Part shown: positions 21,015 to 30,082 of the stretch, one piece after another | Layout of the letters: each line of letters opens with the position of its first letter | How positions within the stretch are numbered: position 1 is the stretch's first letter | Source of the DNA: Microcoleaceae cyanobacterium | GTDB taxonomy: Bacteria; Cyanobacteriota; Cyanobacteriia; Cyanobacteriales; Microcoleaceae | Direction: 5' to 3' | NCBI GenBank assembly: GCA_051652765.1 | Contig: JBOFUV010000100.1 | Coordinates: 1 to 53,908, forward strand | Length of the DNA: 53,908 nucleotides | Translations under genes and position numbers: made by a program | Notes under the pieces: generated by a model | The model's input: only the letters and a program-made list of their open reading frames with translations | The model's database searches: none | Told to the model about the DNA's origin: nothing

Positions 21015-22082
21015 ATGACCATTACCCCAAGAGGTATGCCGATCAGTGAAGCATATCGTCTTTATAGGAGTGAGAAGCTTCTCGTAAATCGCCGATACCA
21101 AAGGAAGTTGGTCTGGACTCAAACTGAGAAAGTGAAGCTTGTAGACAGTATATTAAAGGGCTACCCAATCCCGTTGATTCTCCTTGCTTCACGGCCTCAA
21201 GTCCATGAATCCGGCGTTTACGAGATCATGGATGGTATGCAAAGATTCAATGCTATATTTACTTTTATTGAGAACATTTTTCCACTAGATGATGGGCGCT
21301 ATTTTGATATTCAACATTTTTCTTATGCCAAGGAATTGCTAGAAAAAGGTCTTATCCAGAAGATAGATAGTCATCAACCTCAGCTATCCCTAGCAGAGTG
21401 TGCGAGGATTATCGACTATCAGCTAGCTGTTACTACTTATCCAGCAGCAACAGAAGAGGAAATTACAGATGTTTTTGGGCGAATTAATTCAAATGGCAAG
21501 CAACTCAGCTTTCAGGAGAGACGGCAAGCTGGAGTTGTAACTCCTTTCTCAGAAACTGTCAGGAAAATTGCTTCTGAGTTACGAGGTGATTCCTCTAAAG
21601 AACTAATGCTATTAGTAAATATGCCTGAGATCAGTATTGATTCTAAACAAAACCACCATGGGTATGGGTTAAGGGCAGAAGATACCTTATGGTGTAAACA
21701 AGGGATTCTTCACATATCTCAATTAAGAGATAGCGAAGACGAACAGATGATTGCTGATCTTTGTGCTTCTATTTTACTTGGTGAACCTTTAGCATATAGC
21801 GGCGAACTATTAGACAAGCTGTACGATTCAAATACATCTGAATTTGAAAAGCTTGAAAATGCGCTTTCACGTTACACGACTGACCGCTTAATGCACGAGG
21901 TGAAGACAACCTTTTCCGTGTTGCGAGAAATTGTCGAGTCCTATAGTGACCAGCAAAATACCTTACGCCGAATAGTTCATCCTAATGCTGGAGGCAATCC
22001 TATTAAAACTGCTTTTTATGCCATTTTTATGGCTTTCTTTGATTTAATCGTACGTCAGGAAAGAACTCCTATTGATCCATAG
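21015..22082 (+). CDS. DUF262 (GmrS/ParB-like) domain protein; N-terminal part of an interrupted fusion
   Basis: YQRKLVW, DSILKGYPIP, DGMQR and FGRINSNGKQLS DUF262 motifs; ends at a TAG that is in frame with the next ORF. Confidence 0.88.
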   Translation: MTITPRGMPISEAYRLYRSEKLLVNRRYQRKLVWTQTEKVKLVDSILKGYPIPLILLASRPQVHESGVYEIMDGMQRFNAIFTFIENIFPLDDGRYFDIQHFSYAKELLEKGLIQKIDSHQPQLSLAECARIIDYQLAVTTYPAATEEEITDVFGRINSNGKQLSFQERRQAGVVTPFSETVRKIASELRGDSSKELMLLVNMPEISIDSKQNHHGYGLRAEDTLWCKQGILHISQLRDSEDEQMIADLCASILLGEPLAYSGELLDKLYDSNTSEFEKLENALSRYTTDRLMHEVKTTFSVLREIVESYSDQQNTLRRIVHPNAGGNPIKTAFYAIFMAFFDLIVRQERTPIDP

Positions 22083-22088
22083 GGAATT

Positions 22089-22814
22089 ATGGAGGCGCTA
22101 TCCGATGTGCATGGAAGCCTTAAGCAAACCTCAAAAGCTGTTAATGTTAAGGATAGAAAAAATAATGTTAACAAAATTAAAGGACTTGTAGACGAATATT
22201 TTGTCAAGAAAGAACCTCCTGTTCTTAGGCATGGTCCTGGTCTAGCATTGGATTTGGAGAACTCAATAAGGCGATCCTTGATAGAAACATCTCGCTACGA
22301 GTGTAAGCAGGGATTACTAAGCCTTTCAAACCAAAGAGATTTAGATCAAGAACTTCTACAAAGAATACTTCAGACAATTTGCGGCATTGCCAACTCAGGG
22401 CCTGACGGAGATGGGTATCTATTCATTGGCGTTGCAGATAAAGAAAAAGATGCTGAAAGAGTAAAGATGATCGATCAGGTTGAACCATATGAAATAAATG
22501 GCAGATATATCGTTGGTGTTGACAGAGAAGCAAAGGCACTTGGTATTGATCTTGAGCAATATACTGATATTTTACTTAATTCAATTAGAAATTCAGAGCT
22601 TTCTGATCCTCTTAAGACTCAGATCTTAGCAAAATTTGACACCATACAAATAACAAAGGCCCATCAAGTATTTTCAGTTATTCGAATAACCATACTTGCA
22701 CAAGTCGGAATATCTTATTTGGGAGATGATGCTTTTGTTCGGAGTGGATCGTCTACAAAGAAAGCAACAGCTAAAGAGATAGCGTCTATATGCGAGTTAT
22801 TCAGGCGCTCATGA
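22089..22814 (+). CDS. Schlafen/AlbA_2 domain; C-terminal part of an interrupted fusion
   Basis: IETSRYECKQG (E-x4-ExK), ICGIANSG...YLFIGVAD and FVRSGSST AlbA_2 motifs; same frame as 21015. Confidence 0.8.
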   Translation: MEALSDVHGSLKQTSKAVNVKDRKNNVNKIKGLVDEYFVKKEPPVLRHGPGLALDLENSIRRSLIETSRYECKQGLLSLSNQRDLDQELLQRILQTICGIANSGPDGDGYLFIGVADKEKDAERVKMIDQVEPYEINGRYIVGVDREAKALGIDLEQYTDILLNSIRNSELSDPLKTQILAKFDTIQITKAHQVFSVIRITILAQVGISYLGDDAFVRSGSSTKKATAKEIASICELFRRS

Positions 22815-22853
22815 AATTTTTGAATTGCTACAACTTCTTCAATTTGCCTACTT

Positions 22854-25049
22854 ATGTCGATAGAATCAAACTTTGACATTGCATTTACTGCCAGGTTGGC
22901 TTTGCGTGAAAAGCAAATTCAGCAGAATTATCGACCTATCATTGCTGTTCACAAATGGTTTGCCCGCCGCCCCGGCACTCTCTTCCGCAGCCTCATCCTC
23001 TCTGAATTTACGGATCAGCCTGTTGAGCAAACCTACTACTGCACAAACAACTTTGAGGGGCTAACCATTGCCGATCCTTTTATGGGCGGTGGGACACCAC
23101 TTCTCGAAGCCAACCGCTTGGGTTGTAATGTGATTGGTACTGATATTAATCCAATGGCTACATGGATTGTTCAGGAAGAAATCTCTGAGCTTGACCTCGC
23201 GATTTATTTAAAAACTGCCGACTATCTCCTCGCGTATCTTGAAAGCAAAATTGGCAGACTCTACAAAACTCGTTGCCTCATAACAGGACAAGATGTGGAG
23301 GTTAAGTATTTTCTCTGGGTCAAAACTGGAACTTGTAAAGCTTGTAACCAAAGTTTCGATCTTTTCCCTGGATATATTCTTGCCAAAGATGTGCGATACC
23401 CGACCTATGTTCTGGTTTGCTCTGCCTGTGGCCATCTAAACGAGGTTATAGATCCAGCTAACCCAGGTTCTTGTACCTGTGGTGCGGCTCTCACCGTCAA
23501 AGGGCCAGTCAAGCGTAGCCAGTGCGCTTGCCCCCACTGTGGACAAATTAATAGGGCTCCGTTTCATGGAGATGGGCCACCCTCACATCGTCTATTTGCG
23601 ATTGAATACTATAATCCTAATTTGAAGGAGCGATCGCGCCGTCTCTTCAAAAAGCCTGATGCCGATGACATTGCTCGGGTAGAAAAGGCTCAGTGTCTCT
23701 GGTCGGGTCTGTCCCCCTCTTATGTACCTGAAGATGTCATTCCTGAGGGGGATGAAACCAATCGATTACATCGCTGGGGTTACAAGCGCTTTTGCGAACT
23801 TTTCAACCCTCGTCAGTTGCTAGCGTTAGAAACGGCGGCAGGTTTTATAGCCCGGATTAAAGACCACCGTCTCCGCCGTGCTTTCGCAACTAACTTCTCC
23901 GACCTGTTGCGTTATCAAAATATGCTGTGCCGCTACGACACTATGGCGCTTAAATCCCTAGATATCTTCTCAATCCATGGCTTTCCTGTTGGTTACGTCC
24001 AAGTTGAATCTAACTTTCTTGGCATTAGAAAAGACAATAGTCTTCCGGTAGGTTCTGGAGGCTGGATTAACATCATTGAGAAATACTCAAAAGCTAAGCA
24101 ATATTGCGCTACACCGTTCGAGGTTACGTTTAAAGGCAAGAAGAAACTGACTGTAAAAATTGACGGTGAATGGATTGGAGAGCATAACCCAAAGGGTTCC
24201 ACAATCCATCCTCGAACCGTAGACCTTCGCTGCGTTTCTGCAACAACCCTTGAATTGCCGACCCACAGCCTGGATGCCGTTTTCACTGATCCACCCTACT
24301 ACGGCATGGTTCAGTATGGAGAGCTGATGCACTTTTGCTACGTATGGCTTCGTAAGCTAATGGGGGCAGACTTTCCAGGACTGAGTCAGGAGACGACTCG
24401 CCACCATGATGAGCTAACGGGTAACAATACTGCGGCACGGGGCATCAATCACTTTGCTGAAGGGCTGGCCCAGGTCTATTCACGCATGGCGGTTGCTCTC
24501 AAGCCTGGTGCCCCTCTTGTATTTACCTACCACCACAACCAACAAGAAGCTTATCTTGCTGTTGCTATGGCCATTCTGGATGCTGGTTTAACCTGTTCTG
24601 CATCTCTACCCTGCCCTGCTGAGATGGGGGGCTCAATTCACATCCATGGAACTAGCTCGTCTATTGTCGATACGGTTTTTGTTTGTCGCCATCATGGCAT
24701 CACCTCTCGTACCGGGCTCTTTGAAAATGCAGAGCAGCTCGCGCAGATAATTAATCGCGAGTTGGAAGAACTGCGTACCGCAGGTATGAAGCCTACTGCT
24801 GGAGACGTGCGCTGTATTGCCTTTGGGCACATCACCCGTATGGCTACCTGGAACCTGCGATCTAGTTGGAATTCTACTCAACCTACGAGCCAGAAGCTTG
24901 AGACGATTTGGACTGCGATGGATGTAATTGCCACCATTCGTGACTTAAGCATTGAGCTTGAGCATCTGAACTCTCCTCAGCAGATCATTAATTTTGATTC
25001 ATTGGCTGTACCAAAAGCTAAGGAGCAACTCAATGCCGTTGCGTTTTGA
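22854..25049 (+). CDS. DUF1156/COG1743-type amino-DNA methyltransferase with Zn-ribbon insert
   Basis: HKWFARR, DPFMGGGT (motif I) and TDPPYY (motif IV); CKAC, CSAC and CPHC Cys pairs. Confidence 0.9.
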   Translation: MSIESNFDIAFTARLALREKQIQQNYRPIIAVHKWFARRPGTLFRSLILSEFTDQPVEQTYYCTNNFEGLTIADPFMGGGTPLLEANRLGCNVIGTDINPMATWIVQEEISELDLAIYLKTADYLLAYLESKIGRLYKTRCLITGQDVEVKYFLWVKTGTCKACNQSFDLFPGYILAKDVRYPTYVLVCSACGHLNEVIDPANPGSCTCGAALTVKGPVKRSQCACPHCGQINRAPFHGDGPPSHRLFAIEYYNPNLKERSRRLFKKPDADDIARVEKAQCLWSGLSPSYVPEDVIPEGDETNRLHRWGYKRFCELFNPRQLLALETAAGFIARIKDHRLRRAFATNFSDLLRYQNMLCRYDTMALKSLDIFSIHGFPVGYVQVESNFLGIRKDNSLPVGSGGWINIIEKYSKAKQYCATPFEVTFKGKKKLTVKIDGEWIGEHNPKGSTIHPRTVDLRCVSATTLELPTHSLDAVFTDPPYYGMVQYGELMHFCYVWLRKLMGADFPGLSQETTRHHDELTGNNTAARGINHFAEGLAQVYSRMAVALKPGAPLVFTYHHNQQEAYLAVAMAILDAGLTCSASLPCPAEMGGSIHIHGTSSSIVDTVFVCRHHGITSRTGLFENAEQLAQIINRELEELRTAGMKPTAGDVRCIAFGHITRMATWNLRSSWNSTQPTSQKLETIWTAMDVIATIRDLSIELEHLNSPQQIINFDSLAVPKAKEQLNAVAF

Positions 25050-26052
25050 AGTTGACTACCAAGATCCCACCTTCCCTTTCGATCCTTTGATCGATGAGGT
25101 TTTTTCTGAGCTGAAGTCGAGCTTTTTAGAGATGCCGCGAGGTGATGGATTCATCGACTATAGAATCTTCGAGCAGGGCTATCAGACGCTCAAGCGGGCA
25201 ACCAGTGCTTTTGAAGTAGTGACACCTGAAACAGTCGAGTCTGCTGTCACAAAAACACCAATTTCGTTAGTTGTATTCCGGGCCATTCTTGGCTTCACGC
25301 CACCGGAGTGGGCTTATATCACCACAGAAATGACTGGGTTTATTGTCGGGCAAGGGGTTGCCCGCTCAATTGATCGCAGGATTCGTCTCCAACCATTAAC
25401 GCCTAAGCCTCTGGGTAATTCGCTGACAGATCAGCGCATCCGAGCCCTGATCAATGCAGGCGTACAAACCCTGCTGGCGGGTGCAAATCATGAAGTACAC
25501 TCTATCCTGCACCGACTCGATAAAGTTGATACTCGTGAAGGACTTCGGAGTCTTCAGCCCATTGCTGATCTTGGTGTACCGTACCCGGTTGTGCTCTATG
25601 AGCGATTTCTCGGTCGCCCCTTTGCCTCTCATCGCGATTCTGTCAGTGAGCTTGTGGGCGAGTTAGTCGAAGGGGCCATTAAGGATATTCTCACCGCTGC
25701 CAAGGTAAGCTTTCGCGAAACCAAACGCGCTGAGAGGATTAATGGTTTCGACCAAGCTCCTGACTTCATAATCCCTGACGAGTTCAATCCGGTAGCGTTG
25801 ATTGAGGCAAAGCTTACCGAAGACGATGGCACTGCTCGTGACAAGGTAGCGCGTGTACAGCGGCTACGTACACTGCGTGATGAAAGTGGCAAACACTATG
25901 ATGTCATTGCCTGCATAGCTGGACGAGGCTTCAAGGTTCGACGTGAGGATATGCGGCGACTCCTAAAAGCGACTGATGGAAAGGTCTTCACGCTTTCCAC
26001 TATGCATTTGCTGATTGATCATACTCGCATTAGAGAGTATCGCGTAAAGTGA
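25033..26052 (+). CDS. Putative restriction endonuclease, PD-(D/E)xK fold
   Basis: APDFIIP...LIEAK catalytic motif; AGGAG at 25021 and ATG 25033, overlapping the MTase 3' end by 17 nt. Confidence 0.78.
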   Translation: MPLRFEVDYQDPTFPFDPLIDEVFSELKSSFLEMPRGDGFIDYRIFEQGYQTLKRATSAFEVVTPETVESAVTKTPISLVVFRAILGFTPPEWAYITTEMTGFIVGQGVARSIDRRIRLQPLTPKPLGNSLTDQRIRALINAGVQTLLAGANHEVHSILHRLDKVDTREGLRSLQPIADLGVPYPVVLYERFLGRPFASHRDSVSELVGELVEGAIKDILTAAKVSFRETKRAERINGFDQAPDFIIPDEFNPVALIEAKLTEDDGTARDKVARVQRLRTLRDESGKHYDVIACIAGRGFKVRREDMRRLLKATDGKVFTLSTMHLLIDHTRIREYRVK

Positions 26053-26082
26053 TATGGTTAGCATGTTGAATCTAACGCACAT

Positions 26083-29000
26083 CTAATGTGAGTCAACGAC
26101 TTGACCATAGCCGCCCCCACCCGGCGTTTCAATCACGAAGACATCCTGGGGCTCCATGACCACCTCAGCCTGACTGCCCAAAGGCTCCCGCCGACCGTTC
26201 TGTCGCTCGACCCAATTGCGTCCAATTTGACCCGGCTCACCCCCCCGGAGTCCAAAGGGAGGCACAATCCGATGACTGGATAAAATCGAAGCATTCATCG
26301 TCTCTCGGAAACGAATCCGACGCACCACTCCATTTCCCCCCTGATGCTGTCCCCGCCCCCCGCTCCCTGGGCGAACTGCAAAGTCATCAACAAGAACAGG
26401 ATAGCGCCATTCCAAAACCTCCGGGTCGGTAAGACGGGAATTCGTCATGTGGGTTTGTACCGCGTCCGTGCCCTCAAAATCTGGCCCTGCACCAGATCCG
26501 CCACAAATGGTTTCGTAGTATTGATATTGGGCATTGCCAAAGGTGAAATTATTCATCGTGCCTTGGGAGGCGGCCATTACCCCTAACGCCCCGTACAAGG
26601 CATCGGCGATCGCCTGGGAAGTTTCCACATTGCCTGCCACTACCGCCGCTGGATACCGAGGATTCAGCAGACAGCCCTCCGGCACAATGATCGTTAACGG
26701 TTTTAAGCAGCCTGCATTCAGGGGAATATCATCTTGAACCAAGGTACGGAAGACGTAGAGTACAACCGCCTTGCAAATCGCCAGAGGGGCATTGAGGTTA
26801 TTGGGCTGTTGCGGGGAAGTCCCGGTAAAGTCGATCTCAGCCCTACGAGTCCGGCGATGAATCCGAATTGCAACCTGAATGCAACTGCCATTATCCAGGG
26901 GATAGGAAAATTCACCCTCCTGGAGGACATCAATCACCCGACGCACGGAAGCTTCGGCGTTGTCCTGAACGTGCTGCATATAGGCTTGGACAACATCTAA
27001 CCCATAGTGGGCAACCATTTTCTGTAGGGCCTGAACCCCGCGTGTGTTGGCGGCAACTTGGGCTTGCAAATCGGCCAAATTCTGAGCGGGATTGCGGCAG
27101 GGATAGGAACTTGAAGTCAGCAGGTCTAACACATCTTGTTCCCGGAATTGTCCCTGGGCAACCAGTTGAAAATGGTCAATCAATATTCCTTCCTGGTCAA
27201 TGGTGGTACTGGTCGAGGGCATAGAACCAGGAGTTATCCCCCCAATGTCGGCATGGTGACCTCTGGAGGCAACGTAAAAGAGGGGGGTTGGAGAGGATGA
27301 GGTTAGGAAAACGGGAGTGATGGCGGTAATATCAGGCAGGTGTGTGCCCCCGTTGTAGGGATTATTGAGAATGTAAACATCCCCCGGTTGTAGGGTTGCC
27401 CCTTTAAGAGTGATCAGACTGTTAACGCTTTCGCTCATGGAGCCTAGATGCACCGGAATATGGGGAGCGTTGGCCACTAAATTGCCTTGCTGATCAAAGA
27501 CTGCACAGGAAAAATCTAACCGCTCTTTGATGTTGACAGAAGAACTGGTGTTTTGCAGCGTGATCCCCATTTCTTCAGCGATCGCCCGGAATAGATTATT
27601 AAAGATTTCGAGCATGACCGGATCGGGAGTGTGCAGGAAGTCTCGGTTCTCCAATGCTGCTGTTTGTTGTTCATCTGACTCCAGATTCCGACTGAGGACA
27701 AGCTGATTGCGATCGCCCAAGTTCCCTTGCCAACCTGGTTCAACCACGTTGGTTCCCGTCGGTTCAATGATCAGGGCTGGCCCAAAAATCCGATCACCGT
27801 TCTGGAGGGTTTCCCTGAGAAATACGGAGGTATTGTGCCATTGCCCCTTGCTATACAAGGGAACTTGGGTCACAGGAGTCAAGGGGTGGGGGCGATCGCT
27901 GGGGAGACTGGGTTCCTGGGGCGGGAGGGTTCTAGCAATCACCTCAACAGAAATGGCTTCTACCACTAGGGCTTTTTGAGTCATCAAAAAACCATAGCGT
28001 TGGTGATAGGCTTGCTCAAATCGAGTTTGTATCGTGGCAGCATCCCCAAATTCAACGATTAAGACAGAGTCAGTTCCGGCATAGCGCAGATGGGCCCTAG
28101 GGAGAGTCAAAATCTCTGTCTCCTGAATCAACTGGGGCTGAATCGCTGCTTTTCCTTGGGCGGTGAGATCCGTTACAATCCTGACTAGGGCTGAAACCTG
28201 CGCGTCTATCAAATCGACTTCAACGGATTGTTCACGAATTGTGCTGATGTCCGCTAACCCCATGCCATAGGCGGATAGCACCCCCGCGTAGGGATGGAGA
28301 AACACTTGCTTCATGCCCAAAGCCTCGGCAATCAGACAAGCGTGTTGTCCTCCTGCCCCCCCAAAACAGCAAAGGGTATAGTCAGTAATGTCGTACCCGC
28401 GCTGCACCGAAATTTTTTTGATGGCATTGGCCATCTTATCAATTGCGATCGCCAAAAATCCTGCGGCAACCTGTTCCGGGGTGCGTTCATCACCAGTTGT
28501 TGATTGGATTTCAGCCGCCAGGGTGGTGAATCGCTGCCGCACAATCTCGGCATCTAGGGGCAAATTGCCCCCTGGTTCAAACACCTTGGGAAAGAAATCG
28601 GGCTGTAACTTGCCGACCATAACGTTGCAATCCGTTACTGTCAGGGGGCCATCTTTGCGATAACAGGCAGGCCCCGGATGGGCTCCGGCTGATTCAGGCC
28701 CCACTCGATAGCGGGCTCCATCAAAGTTCAAGACTGAGCCTCCCCCCGCTGCCACGGTATAAATCGCCATCATCGGGGCCCGGATGCGGACTCCAGCCAC
28801 TTCCGTTTCAAAGGTACGTTCATACTCCCCGTTGTAGTGGGAAACATCTGTAGAGGTTCCCCCCATGTCAAAGCCAATGATGGCCTCAAACCCGGCGGCG
28901 ATACTAGTTTGCACCGCACCCACAATCCCTCCGGCAGGGCCTGATAGAATGCTGTCTTTGCCTTGAAACTGACGGGCATCGGTAAGTCCGCCATTGGACT

Positions 29001-29751
29001 GCATGAACATTAGTCGGGGAGGAGGAGAGTCCGAAGGAGAACCAGAGGAAGAACCATTGCCTAACTGGCTGGCAACTCGATCAACGTAGCGTCTCAAAAT
29101 TGGGGACAAGTAGGCATCGACTACTGTCGTGTCACCCCGACTAACCAGTTTCATTAAGGGGCTAACTTGGTGAGAAACAGAGATCTGAGTGAAGCCAACG
29201 ATTCTGGCTAAGTCCGCCGCTTGCTGTTCGTGGGCGGAATAACGGTAGCCATGAATGAAGACAATGGCACAAGCGCGAATTCCATCTTGATAAACCTGTT
29301 CCAGGTCGGTCTGTAATTGAGCTAGATTGAGGGGGCGCAATTCTTCTCCTTGGGCGCTGTAGCGTTCCTCCGCCTCAATCACCTGCTCATAGAGCATATC
29401 CGGCAAAATGATCTGCCGTGCAAAGATGTTGGGACGATTTTGATAGCCAATCCGCAGGGCATCCCTGAACCCTTGGGTGATCACTAAAACAGTGCGATCG
29501 CCCTTCCGTTCTAGCAAGGCATTGGTGGCAACGGTTGTACCCATTTTGACGACAGAAATTTGCTCCGCAGGCAAAGGGGCATCCGCAGGAAGACCCATCA
29601 GCTCACGAATGCCTTGTAGGGGGGCATCGACATAGCGTTCAGGGTTTTCAGAAAGCAATTTGTGCAGGACTAACAGGCCATCTGGACGTTGGGCAACGAT
29701 GTCAGTGAAAGTTCCCCCCCGATCAATCCAAAATTGCCAGCGTCCTACCAT
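26083..29751 (-). CDS. 5-oxoprolinase (fused hydantoinase A/B)
   Basis: [48 protein letters not shown] and ETPGGGGYG. Confidence 0.95.
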   Translation of the reverse strand: MVGRWQFWIDRGGTFTDIVAQRPDGLLVLHKLLSENPERYVDAPLQGIRELMGLPADAPLPAEQISVVKMGTTVATNALLERKGDRTVLVITQGFRDALRIGYQNRPNIFARQIILPDMLYEQVIEAEERYSAQGEELRPLNLAQLQTDLEQVYQDGIRACAIVFIHGYRYSAHEQQAADLARIVGFTQISVSHQVSPLMKLVSRGDTTVVDAYLSPILRRYVDRVASQLGNGSSSGSPSDSPPPRLMFMQSNGGLTDARQFQGKDSILSGPAGGIVGAVQTSIAAGFEAIIGFDMGGTSTDVSHYNGEYERTFETEVAGVRIRAPMMAIYTVAAGGGSVLNFDGARYRVGPESAGAHPGPACYRKDGPLTVTDCNVMVGKLQPDFFPKVFEPGGNLPLDAEIVRQRFTTLAAEIQSTTGDERTPEQVAAGFLAIAIDKMANAIKKISVQRGYDITDYTLCCFGGAGGQHACLIAEALGMKQVFLHPYAGVLSAYGMGLADISTIREQSVEVDLIDAQVSALVRIVTDLTAQGKAAIQPQLIQETEILTLPRAHLRYAGTDSVLIVEFGDAATIQTRFEQAYHQRYGFLMTQKALVVEAISVEVIARTLPPQEPSLPSDRPHPLTPVTQVPLYSKGQWHNTSVFLRETLQNGDRIFGPALIIEPTGTNVVEPGWQGNLGDRNQLVLSRNLESDEQQTAALENRDFLHTPDPVMLEIFNNLFRAIAEEMGITLQNTSSSVNIKERLDFSCAVFDQQGNLVANAPHIPVHLGSMSESVNSLITLKGATLQPGDVYILNNPYNGGTHLPDITAITPVFLTSSSPTPLFYVASRGHHADIGGITPGSMPSTSTTIDQEGILIDHFQLVAQGQFREQDVLDLLTSSSYPCRNPAQNLADLQAQVAANTRGVQALQKMVAHYGLDVVQAYMQHVQDNAEASVRRVIDVLQEGEFSYPLDNGSCIQVAIRIHRRTRRAEIDFTGTSPQQPNNLNAPLAICKAVVLYVFRTLVQDDIPLNAGCLKPLTIIVPEGCLLNPRYPAAVVAGNVETSQAIADALYGALGVMAASQGTMNNFTFGNAQYQYYETICGGSGAGPDFEGTDAVQTHMTNSRLTDPEVLEWRYPVLVDDFAVRPGSGGRGQHQGGNGVVRRIRFRETMNASILSSHRIVPPFGLRGGEPGQIGRNWVERQNGRREPLGSQAEVVMEPQDVFVIETPGGGGYGQVVDSH

Positions 29752-30082
29752 CGTTATCCTTGCTAGTATCTGTTTATAACTGTCCGTTTATGATAGCAAT
29801 CAGCAATGATTGGTGAGTAGGGGGTGGAGAAGACGTTGCTCTCTTCTTGGGGACTTCTTACCCAAACCCTTTTCTAAGATCTCCCCTGATTGATTCAGGC
29901 TCGCTATACTTACAGAAAGTACAACTTTCAAGTACGCTTTTCAAATGCGATTGTTAGCAATTTCAATCTGATAAACTTACCCAAGACTTGCGGTAAAGCA
30001 GCAGAACCCTTGAAGATCTGAGGGCTTTGGATCTATCCTAAAAAAGACTAGTAATATGCTACTGTGCTAGTCCTTAATCCTT

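Larger units (their letters stand above)
21015..22814 (+). pseudogene. DUF262-Schlafen/AlbA_2 fusion (about 599 codons) interrupted by one in-frame TAG at 22080-22082
   Basis: ...CCA TAG GGA ATT ATG... reads PIDP*GIMEAL with no frameshift. Confidence 0.7.

Noticed and set aside
24994..25032. TTG-start extension of the nuclease ORF
   Set aside because: AGGAG plus ATG at 25033 is a much better start.
21015..26052. BREX, DISARM or canonical GmrSD assignment
   Set aside because: No PglZ, BrxC-type ATPase, helicase or DUF1524/HNH domain is visible in the island.
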